Part shown: positions 8,799-16,842 of the stretch, in pieces
Layout of the letters: each line of letters starts with the position of its first letter
How positions within the stretch are numbered: position 1 is the stretch's first letter
Source: Escherichia phage vB-Eco-KMB43
DNA: 64,000 bases
Sequence record: OR525698.1
Strand: one strand, 5' to 3'
Translations under genes and position numbers: made by a program
The notes under the pieces: generated by a model
Seen by the model: the letters and a program-made list of their open reading frames with translations, nothing else
What the model was told of the DNA's origin: nothing
Databases searched by the model: none

Positions 8799-9424
8799 AG
8801 AATTTTAAGGAAACTGGATAGACCTGATAATGAATATACACCAGATTCCCCGCATTCGCACTTGATCGGTACTGCCAGCGTGATTTGATTTCTTGTTAGC
8901 TCGTCGATCACTTCTTCCACTTTATCCGTGGTAAGCATATCCAGCACACGGTCAAAGTCCTGTGCGTTCAGGTCGTCTATATTGAATTGCTGATCGCCGA
9001 TCACGATATATTCGATACATGCAATTACCATCTGCATAATATCAACATCTTCTGTAAATTTAGGTTGACGAAACTTGATTTTTACTTGTCCTAAGTCTAG
9101 AATATATGGTTCAACTTCTGGTATCTGTGTGCGTGAAACATCAAGAGAATATACTTTCTCTTTATTGCATACACCACACACCCAAGTAGCATCAATTTTC
9201 ATCTTATTGAGGCTGTGACACCATAAGAGAAGAAAAATATATTCTGCTTCGCATTTCTCTAGCTCTAATGCATTGATCCCCGTACATTCATGTATGATCT
9301 CTATAACAACCTCTGACAGCTTGCCAGTCTCTTTTGCTGCTACCAGTTTTTGAAATTCGCCGAAGGTGAAAGCACGGGCGTGTATCAACTTTTCGCCTAA
9401 TTGGATCTTGAAAAAGTATTGCAT
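8795..9424 (-). CDS. 26: baseplate hub protein gp26
   Basis: 209 aa ORF upstream of gene 25 and divergent from gene 51 as in T4; contains CGVCNKEK motif shared with the neighbouring gp51. Confidence 0.65.
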   Translation of the reverse strand: MQYFFKIQLGEKLIHARAFTFGEFQKLVAAKETGKLSEVVIEIIHECTGINALELEKCEAEYIFLLLWCHSLNKMKIDATWVCGVCNKEKVYSLDVSRTQIPEVEPYILDLGQVKIKFRQPKFTEDVDIMQMVIACIEYIVIGDQQFNIDDLNAQDFDRVLDMLTTDKVEEVIDELTRNQITLAVPIKCECGESGVYSLSGLSSFLKIL

Positions 9425-9466
9425 AATAAAACACCCTTTATAAACACATAGAATTATTTAGTATTT

Positions 9467-9474
9467 TATAAATA
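9467..9474 (+). promoter_or_regulatory. T4-type late promoter TATAAATA upstream of gene 51
   Basis: Exact TATAAATA 21 nt upstream of the gene 51 ATG. Confidence 0.6.
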
Positions 9475-9494
9475 CCCGAAAGGGGGATTATACC

Positions 9495-10265
9495 ATGAAT
9501 ATTATCCGAATAAAACTACCGGAAGGTGTGCAGAGATTTAAACCCTTCACGGTAAAAGATTATAGAGATTTCCTTCTGGTGTCAACTGAAATTAAGATGA
9601 ATCCAGAAGAAGAACAAACGATTCTGGATGAGCTATTAGAAGAAATATATCCAGAAGTAGATCCGGCATTTCGTGAATATATTTTCCTGAATGTCTTTAC
9701 TAGTTCAATTGGTAAAACTAAGATACCGCTTTGTTTTACTTGCCCGACTTGCAACAAAGAAAGAAAAATGTTGCTTAACTTACAGGTTGAAGCACTAAAA
9801 CCAATCGTTCTAGAGGCCGCAGGGCTTAAAATAACTTTCCGGTATGTTAAACCATCAACCGACTATGCAAAAACGTTTCTGGATGCGATAGAGCGTGTAT
9901 CTGATGGTATTAATGATTATCTATGGACTGAATTACCGGAAGAAGTTAGAGAACAGGTTATCGATTCAATCTCATTTGCTGAATTTGAAGAAGTTGTTAA
10001 GCAGATGCACACAATCAAGATCGAACAAAAGATATCTTGTTGTGAAAGTCATGACCTGAAATACATAGGTCTTCTTCCATTGTTCAAATTGTTGTTGAAT
10101 CCAGATGAGTTATTCATCTTTTATCGAATAAACCATCTATTGGCAAAATCAAATTATTCTATCAGTGATCTTATGGACATGTTACCCGTCGAGAGAAACA
10201 TTGCACTGACACTGGTCGAGAAAGACGTAAAAGAGGCAAACAATGCAAAGAACGGGGTTTCCTAA
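9495..10265 (+). CDS. 51: baseplate hub assembly protein gp51
   Basis: 256 aa ORF at the T4 gene 51 position; GGGGA RBS; CPTCNKERK motif paralogous to gp26. Confidence 0.65.
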   Translation: MNIIRIKLPEGVQRFKPFTVKDYRDFLLVSTEIKMNPEEEQTILDELLEEIYPEVDPAFREYIFLNVFTSSIGKTKIPLCFTCPTCNKERKMLLNLQVEALKPIVLEAAGLKITFRYVKPSTDYAKTFLDAIERVSDGINDYLWTELPEEVREQVIDSISFAEFEEVVKQMHTIKIEQKISCCESHDLKYIGLLPLFKLLLNPDELFIFYRINHLLAKSNYSISDLMDMLPVERNIALTLVEKDVKEANNAKNGVS

Positions 10266-11352
10266 TGTCTCAATAAAACTTTATCAGGATTATGAGGCAT
10301 TTCTAAATCATCGCTTTATAGAATTGGGTGCTACCTTTGTTACAATGACTCTGCGTGATTCGATTCGTGGGGTGAACGAAGGATTGTTGCAATTCTATGA
10401 TAATAAGGCGATGCATACAAAATTAAACGGGAGAGAGATCATTCAGATTTCTCTATCCACTGCTAATACAGATGAAGTGTTTAACCGAATCTATGGGATC
10501 TCTCATAGTAATGTAACAATTGACCAAAAATCAGACAACATTTTAACATTCCAGTTAAAGAGTTATCATGAAACCCTAAACCTTAAATTTTCTAGCTCAT
10601 TGACAAATAACGCTGTTAATAACGTAACTAGTATGATTGATGCCATCTATAAGGAAGTTCCTTTATGGAAACCTACTATAAAGGGTGATAACGTTGTTAT
10701 TCCTCGTTGTCCGTGGGTTAGTACCATAAATGACTATATGGATTTTGTTAGGGCATACGGGCAAAGCGTAGAAACCGAGTCTTTCGTGTATTGCTGGGAA
10801 GATTTTGATGGTATAACGATCGCTGGACACGATACAATATTAAAAAATGAGCCAATACCAGCTATAATCTGTGAGCCTAGACTCATGGGGCAATTTATTG
10901 ATATGTCGCCTAATCTGATGGTTTTTAATTTCGAGTGGCAGACTAAGAGCAATGCTAAAGTTAAAAATTCATTTAGCAATGTGACATACACAACTATTGA
11001 TTTTGTTACTAAGCAGTATAATAAAATTATTGTTGGTAATGGGGATAATATTGCACACTTTGCTCATGGCGGCGCTTATGGCGATTTAACTTATAAGAAT
11101 GCGTTTTTGGAAGGTTCTAAACTTGCCACAATAGAACAATATGATTCATATGCTACCGCCGTGTGTCACGGTAATTTTTCGTTGCGCCCTGGTATGGTTA
11201 TTCGATTCTTTGATGAGAAGCAACAAGCACGCAATGATTTTATTGTTGACGAAGTTGTGCATGAAATTAGCCGAGAGCAATCATTAACTCACCTGTATAT
11301 GATCGGTAACAGCGAAGAATTACAGGAAGTCAAATTTGAAGGTAAGATATAA
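10243..11352 (+). CDS. 27: baseplate hub protein gp27
   Basis: MQRTGFPNVSIKLYQDYEAFLNHRFIELGATFVTMTLRDS... aligns with T4 gp27 ([31 protein letters not shown]...). Confidence 0.9.
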   Translation: MQRTGFPNVSIKLYQDYEAFLNHRFIELGATFVTMTLRDSIRGVNEGLLQFYDNKAMHTKLNGREIIQISLSTANTDEVFNRIYGISHSNVTIDQKSDNILTFQLKSYHETLNLKFSSSLTNNAVNNVTSMIDAIYKEVPLWKPTIKGDNVVIPRCPWVSTINDYMDFVRAYGQSVETESFVYCWEDFDGITIAGHDTILKNEPIPAIICEPRLMGQFIDMSPNLMVFNFEWQTKSNAKVKNSFSNVTYTTIDFVTKQYNKIIVGNGDNIAHFAHGGAYGDLTYKNAFLEGSKLATIEQYDSYATAVCHGNFSLRPGMVIRFFDEKQQARNDFIVDEVVHEISREQSLTHLYMIGNSEELQEVKFEGKI

Positions 11353-13058
11353 TGACAGAAACTAAACCTATGTTAAAATTTGTTGTTCCTGTAAAAAAAT
11401 TAGAGATAAACGGGAAACATATCAAGATCCCAAAAATGGGGATTAAGCAACATCGATTATTAAAAGATGTTCGTAGCTGTGATGAAACATTAAAGATTCT
11501 TCTTGATTCAATCTGTCCTGGGTTAAACGCTGCCGAGTCTGAATTGGTTATGCTTAACCTTTGTGCGTATGAAGAATTGCAAAAACTCAATAATTTCTCT
11601 TCTCAGATGAATGAGAAATTACGTGGTTTTGGTGTTATGATGGAACGTAGATTTGGTGTTGTCAGTAAAATGGCTAGCGGTATTGGTGCGATTGAAGAAG
11701 CACTGAAAAAACCGGAACAACCGCAAACAATGCCATCACCTCAGCCAGTTTTGCCTACTGTACCGGAACAGCCTAATAATGACAACTATCAAGGTCTTCC
11801 AAAGAAAAAACCAGATGTTGAGGAACGGAAGAAAAAGAACGCCGCAGATAAGCGCAATGCGGATTCTATGGAAAATCTTCTTAAAGTTGTTCGTGGAGGA
11901 TTTAAAGAAACCATAGGTATCTCTAATAAGGTCTTAGGGATGTTATTTAAGATCACCTTGACCGCTATGGCAGAAGCCGCAAAATGGGGCGCTATTTTGA
12001 TGGGTATTGTTTTTGCCATTGATACCCTTATGATTCATTTCAGATATTGGAGTGATTTATTCGAAACAAAATTTGATGAATTTATGGATAAAGCCGGAGA
12101 ATGGGCTGGACCCATTAGTGATATTCTAACAACTATTCGTCAAGTTCGAGATTATTGGTCTAAAGGTGAATATGGAGAATTAATTAAATCTCTTGTTATG
12201 GGTATTGGTGATGCATTCTATAAAACCTTTATCCAACTTGATCGAATTATCACTACTGGTATTGCTAAAATTCTTCGCATGATCCCTGGTATGGGTGATT
12301 ATGCCGATAAGTTAGAATATGGTGCTTTAAAATCTGCTGTCGCTCAAGGTTATACGCCAAATGAAAGAGAACTCGAATTAATGGATAAGGTCGAGTCTGA
12401 ACACGAAGAGGACAAATACGGGGAGCGTACTGGTTGGACCGGAAAAGCCCGTGATATTGGTGAGGCTATCGGTGACTCCATTAAAGATAAAGTTAACGAG
12501 GGTCTTGTTAGTCTGGGTTGGAGAGATCAAAAGGATGTTGACGCAGAGAAGCGACAAGAAGAATTAAAGCGCGGAGAATATGAGTCTGTTTCTGCTGAAC
12601 AACGATCTGCTAGTCGTAAACTTAGAATTAAAAGTGAGGGCGCGATCAACAATATTAATGAAGTTATGGAGAATTTGAGCGGTGACTATGACAAAGAAAG
12701 AATGGGAGAGTTGAAAAAGGATATTGATGTTTACCGTGAGCAAGTTCAAGATCCTACATTAGTTGAAAGTGATCGTTCTCAGTTAGAGCGTCTTATTGAA
12801 AAATTTGATGAGATGTATGCTGATAAAACTAAGGGTGTTGTGCAAACACAGCCGGTTCCTGCAACTGAAACGGAAACAGCAAAACAAGCGGAACGTACTG
12901 AACAAATGCAGAAACAAGCTGCAATCCAGAAACAAACGACAAATCAGACCTCAAACGTAAATAATACACAAATTGTAACAAACAATAGAACTATTAAACA
13001 GGGTGCACCAACAACTAGAATTGATGCCCCCGGTACAATTAATATGGGGAACTTTTAA
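11352..13058 (+). CDS. 29: baseplate hub / tail-tube length determinant gp29-like (568 aa), occupying the T4 gene 28 and 29 positions
   Basis: Single ORF starting with ATGA overlap on the gene 27 stop; Pro/Gln-rich and charged low-complexity stretches typical of tape-measure-like proteins; no separate gene 28 ORF found. Confidence 0.6.
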   Translation: MTETKPMLKFVVPVKKLEINGKHIKIPKMGIKQHRLLKDVRSCDETLKILLDSICPGLNAAESELVMLNLCAYEELQKLNNFSSQMNEKLRGFGVMMERRFGVVSKMASGIGAIEEALKKPEQPQTMPSPQPVLPTVPEQPNNDNYQGLPKKKPDVEERKKKNAADKRNADSMENLLKVVRGGFKETIGISNKVLGMLFKITLTAMAEAAKWGAILMGIVFAIDTLMIHFRYWSDLFETKFDEFMDKAGEWAGPISDILTTIRQVRDYWSKGEYGELIKSLVMGIGDAFYKTFIQLDRIITTGIAKILRMIPGMGDYADKLEYGALKSAVAQGYTPNERELELMDKVESEHEEDKYGERTGWTGKARDIGEAIGDSIKDKVNEGLVSLGWRDQKDVDAEKRQEELKRGEYESVSAEQRSASRKLRIKSEGAINNINEVMENLSGDYDKERMGELKKDIDVYREQVQDPTLVESDRSQLERLIEKFDEMYADKTKGVVQTQPVPATETETAKQAERTEQMQKQAAIQKQTTNQTSNVNNTQIVTNNRTIKQGAPTTRIDAPGTINMGNF

Positions 13059-14116
13059 TGAAAATTAGTGTTATCAATGATGCCGTTGATAGCTTTAAAG
13101 CGGGGGTTAAAACCTCCGCTGGTTTTACCTCAAAAAATAAAGGGAAAACATTAACCGCTCAATTCCCCGCTGAACGTGCTAGCGGTAATGATGCTAGCGG
13201 TTATTATATCAACGACTTATATAATAATGGTCTGTTATTCACTGCATACGATTACACCTCTCGTACTACTGGATCGCTGCGTGATTTCAGGAAAAAGAAA
13301 AATGTTGCTAGCGGTTTTGGTGGTAGCGTTAATATCGCTGGTTTTGATTTAAATTTGGGTGGGAGAAATGCTGCATTTGACCGAGAGGCAATTGCTAATA
13401 TTCTTCTTCCTCGTAGTCAATCTGACGTTGACGCTGCCAGCCATAAGTTTAATGATGTTGGTGAATCTGTTATTTCTCGCGGCGGTGGTACTTTAGGCGG
13501 TGCTCTTTCTAATATGGCATCTACTGCCGTTTTTGGTGGTATCGAAAGTATTACTGGTGGATACCTTGCCGATCACGGTGAACAGATTTATAATACTGCG
13601 CGAAGCATGTATGCGGGTGCTGATGCACGAACTAAAAACTACGTATGGCATCTAACCCCACGTAGTATTGAAGACCTTCGCAATATTCTGATCATATACG
13701 AAACGTTTTTAGAATTGTCTTATGGTTCTAGTGGCATTTCCAGCACCGCAAAAGAATTAAAAGCGGAAGTTGATGCGTGGTATAAAAATACACTATTGAG
13801 AAAATCCACCCCAGAGGAAGCGAAGAGAAATGATACTCTGTTTGAAGGGATCACCGATTTTCTATCAAACGTAATTACTGTATCTAACCCGACAATATGG
13901 ATGATCTCTAACTTCGGCAAGCGTACATCGTTTGAAGGGCGTAGCGATGCATTTGGTCCCGCTCAGATCTCAAGTGTACGTCTGGACAAGTCGCCTGATG
14001 GTAAGTTTAATGGCCTTGCTATTTCTCCTAACTTGCCGAGTACCTTTGTTCTGGAAGTATCATTTAGAGAGATCTTGACACTTTCCCGTGGTACTATATT
14101 TGGGAGTGCGGCATAA
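13058..14116 (+). CDS. 48: baseplate tail-tube cap gp48
   Basis: 352 aa ORF (T4 gp48 is 364 aa) in syntenic position; start overlaps the upstream stop. Confidence 0.75.
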   Translation: MKISVINDAVDSFKAGVKTSAGFTSKNKGKTLTAQFPAERASGNDASGYYINDLYNNGLLFTAYDYTSRTTGSLRDFRKKKNVASGFGGSVNIAGFDLNLGGRNAAFDREAIANILLPRSQSDVDAASHKFNDVGESVISRGGGTLGGALSNMASTAVFGGIESITGGYLADHGEQIYNTARSMYAGADARTKNYVWHLTPRSIEDLRNILIIYETFLELSYGSSGISSTAKELKAEVDAWYKNTLLRKSTPEEAKRNDTLFEGITDFLSNVITVSNPTIWMISNFGKRTSFEGRSDAFGPAQISSVRLDKSPDGKFNGLAISPNLPSTFVLEVSFREILTLSRGTIFGSAA

Positions 14117-14568
14117 TGTTTGATTTAAATGACTTTAACGAACAAGCCGCTAACCTTGACTTTCAGCGATCGAACTTATTCAGCGTGGCATTTGCCACCA
14201 CTCCAAGTAATAAGACACAAGCGATCCTAGAAAGTATGGGTGGTGCGGTATATGATATTATACCAAATGCATTAAATGACTATTTCGGGATTACTCGTGG
14301 TGATTATACTGACGCATTAACAAATCTTGCTGTGCAGGGTGTTAGGCGTGCTGTTGATTCATCTGGTGTCAAAAAGTATCTTTTAGGTGCAATGTCATCC
14401 CGCGTAGTTCAATCTCTTCTGGGGCAATTTGATGTTGGTACATATGCGCTTGACTGGTTCAATCTGGCATATAAGACAAGCGGTCTTCTGGTGTATGCTG
14501 TTAAGGTTCCAGAAAACAGATTGAATTATGAAATGGACCGTAACCACAATGCGCCAAACATTCGATTA
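14116..14568 (+). CDS. 54: gp54 baseplate tail-tube initiator, N-terminal segment (gene interrupted)
   Basis: MFDLNDFNEQAANLDFQRSNLFSVAFATTPS...NRLNYEMDRNHNAPNIRL aligns with T4 gp54 residues 1 to about 150; homology ends at about 14568 and the frame then runs into junk and a stop at 14646. Confidence 0.8.
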
Positions 14569-14945
14569 ATGGTAAGTGTCTGGAAGAAAAAGATGGTCTT
14601 AAGCTGTCTGATGTGTATATTTGTACAGAGACTGAATTTACTTTAAATGGTAAAGTCTTTAAATTTAAAAATCCAATGTATACTTCTGACCCCATTATCG
14701 ATGACGCTGATTTCTTGAGTCATCATTATCACGATCCTAGTGTAGACTTCCATGATTTCCCAGCTTTTATTATGGATTGGGCTACAGGATTAAGAAAAAC
14801 TATTGCACTGGATACACCGGAAGGTACTATCTATGGTGGAATTAACATATTGGATCGCCTATCATGAATGACGCATTAACATCATTTCGCGGGATGCGCA
14901 AGGAAGCGGAAGAAAACCCGATTGATAAACTTAACAAATTAGATA
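14569..14945 (+). other. about 375-bp intervening sequence splitting gene 54 (candidate intron or insertion)
   Basis: gp54 homology stops after NIRL and resumes at NGRDFDPLVLSFRMDSS in a different frame; the insert contains in-frame stops; boundaries good to about 3 nt. Confidence 0.7.
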
Positions 14946-15425
14946 AACGGACGTGATTTCGATCCGCTTGTATTGAGCTTTAGAATGGACTCTAGCGCAT
15001 CAAACTATCGAGCAATGCAGGATTGGGTTAACTCAGTAGAAGACCCCGTTACAGGGCTTCGTGCGCTTCCTGTTGACGTTGAAGCAGATATTCAGGTTAA
15101 CTTACATAACCGAATGGGAGTTCCTCACACGATCATGATGTTTAATGGTTGTGTTCCTGTTGGTGTGAGTGCACCGGAATTAACCTATGAAAATAACAAC
15201 GAAATAACAACATTCGATGTTACTTTCGCATATCGTTCTATGCAAACTGGTGCTGTAGGAGAGCAAGCCGCGCGAGAATGGATTGAGGATAAGGCAATAA
15301 ACGCAATAACAAACACTTTCGGCAATAATTTACTTGATAGTGGGTTATCTGCTGCTGGTAATGCTTTATCGCGTCTAAATGGCGTTGGTGGGCGTGTGGT
15401 GAATACTGTCACTAACTGGTTCTGA
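14946..15425 (+). CDS. 54: gp54 baseplate tail-tube initiator, C-terminal segment
   Basis: GRDFDPLVLSFRMDSSASNYRAMQDWVNSVEDPVTGLRALPVDVEADIQVNLH... aligns with T4 gp54 ITGRELDPLVISFRMDSEACNYRAMQDWVNSVQDPVTGLRALP... to the C-terminus. Confidence 0.8.
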   Translation, partial: NGRDFDPLVLSFRMDSSASNYRAMQDWVNSVEDPVTGLRALPVDVEADIQVNLHNRMGVPHTIMMFNGCVPVGVSAPELTYENNNEITTFDVTFAYRSMQTGAVGEQAAREWIEDKAINAITNTFGNNLLDSGLSAAGNALSRLNGVGGRVVNTVTNWF

Positions 15426-15434
15426 TAATCGAAA

Positions 15435-15459
15435 GGCGGGGATTATCCCCGCCTTTTTA
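15435..15459 (+). terminator. rho-independent terminator after gene 54
   Basis: GGCGGGG-ATTAT-CCCCGCC hairpin followed by TTTTTAT. Confidence 0.7.
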
Positions 15460-15942
15460 TTTTGCTAAATCATTGCAATATTTTAGTGCCTTAGTTTGAA
15501 ATTCTGCGCTGTTAAGTTCTTCATAACGGTCATAATCACCGTTTAATGCTGCTTTTCTTGCTTCTTGCTCTATCTGCATGTCAGACATGATAATACAGCG
15601 ATCCCGTGCTTTCATCTTCTCAAGTTGTATAAACTCTTCTTTCTGTTTGCGCAATTCTTCTTGACGCTTCTTTTCTTCTCGTGCTTTCTCTTCCCGCGCT
15701 TCTTTGATTGCATCCTTGAACATCTGCGTTTGTGGTGCTAAACCAACTTTAACGCGACCCACGTCTCGACGTTCCATTTTAGAAATAAAGCATGATTCGA
15801 TCTGATCATCACTTGCATATGCTGCTTTACATTCACGAAGCAAGAAAACCGGATCTGATTTAGCATTCATCATAGCTTCCATGTTAGCACAACCAGTAAG
15901 CATGAATGCAGACGCAAGACCAATTAGTTTAATCATTTTCAT
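15457..15942 (-). CDS. predicted lipoprotein (161 aa)
   Basis: N-terminal signal peptide with lipobox LTGC; charged Lys/Glu-rich repeat region. Confidence 0.6.
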   Translation of the reverse strand: MKMIKLIGLASAFMLTGCANMEAMMNAKSDPVFLLRECKAAYASDDQIESCFISKMERRDVGRVKVGLAPQTQMFKDAIKEAREEKAREEKKRQEELRKQKEEFIQLEKMKARDRCIIMSDMQIEQEARKAALNGDYDRYEELNSAEFQTKALKYCNDLAK

Positions 15943-16763
15943 TTAGTCACCTCACCGAAAATTGTAAATTGTCTACGATTCTCATCGCCGAAAGATTCTA
16001 CTACGTCGTTTACCTTGACGCAAGTCCCGCGCGGTAAAATTACTTCACATTCGCAAGGATTCCATGCAATTGACCCAACAACAAAACCTTTATGATCTTT
16101 TACGTCAATTACCCACGATACATTACAAGAATGTTGCATCTTTCCGGTCATCGATTCATATCGATTCTCACAATAAAGGCTAGTGCTGTTTGATAGCCAT
16201 CCTCCAAAGATGATCGGTGTCATGCTGGTCGATACAAAGTTTTTAAAGGTAAACTCCTTATCTTCAATGATGCGCTCTATTGTCTGAATGTCAAGATGTT
16301 GACCGCGATAAAGAGTACCGTTTAACTTTTCGGTTTTATCCATGACACAATCCATCAAATCGACAATCTCTGATATCTCGTCGGTCATGTCTTCTTCCCC
16401 TAAGAGAGCACCATTTACCCATTCGTATTGTTCAGATACATAATCACAGATTGCATTATATTCTGCTGGGGTTATGTTGTTATGTTTGTAATGTTTGAAT
16501 ACATTATCTCCAAAGTCTTCGGAATGTACTTCATACATCACATTAATGATTTTCTTGACAAATCCATAATCTTGTGTCTCGCGCTCAAGGAAGCGGATAA
16601 CCTTCACATAATCATCAAAGTTAATCTGATCGCTGATCATCTCAGTGATCATGTAACCATTAATCCCCTCAATGTCATATGTTTCAATATAATTGTCCAT
16701 ACGTTCCATCATTGATTCGCGTGATTCTTCCGAAAGACGAAAATCCTGTAATTTCTTGAACAT
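15939..16763 (-). CDS. Alt-like ADP-ribosyltransferase paralogue (274 aa)
   Basis: C-terminal region YRGQ...FVSTSMTPIIFGG...ECEVILPRG parallels the Alt catalytic R-S-E region (YR..., FVSTSL, EILLPRG) seen in the adjacent alt gene. Confidence 0.6.
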   Translation of the reverse strand: MFKKLQDFRLSEESRESMMERMDNYIETYDIEGINGYMITEMISDQINFDDYVKVIRFLERETQDYGFVKKIINVMYEVHSEDFGDNVFKHYKHNNITPAEYNAICDYVSEQYEWVNGALLGEEDMTDEISEIVDLMDCVMDKTEKLNGTLYRGQHLDIQTIERIIEDKEFTFKNFVSTSMTPIIFGGWLSNSTSLYCENRYESMTGKMQHSCNVSWVIDVKDHKGFVVGSIAWNPCECEVILPRGTCVKVNDVVESFGDENRRQFTIFGEVTK

Positions 16764-16842
16764 TTTAAACCTCCCATATAACAGAAAACGGGGCTAGTAT
16801 AAAACTAGTCCCCGTTTGAGTCAACCATTATTTCTTAAAAAA

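Noticed and set aside
14613-14867. 84-aa ORF inside the gene 54 intervening sequence as an independent gene (for example a homing endonuclease)
   Set aside because: No GIY-YIG, HNH or LAGLIDADG motif recognisable and no obvious RBS; kept only as part of the intervening-sequence finding
14572-14942. GTAAGT…AG boundaries of the gene 54 insert resembling a spliceosomal intron
   Set aside because: Phages and bacteria have no spliceosome; the resemblance is most likely coincidental, so the element is reported only as an unclassified intervening sequence
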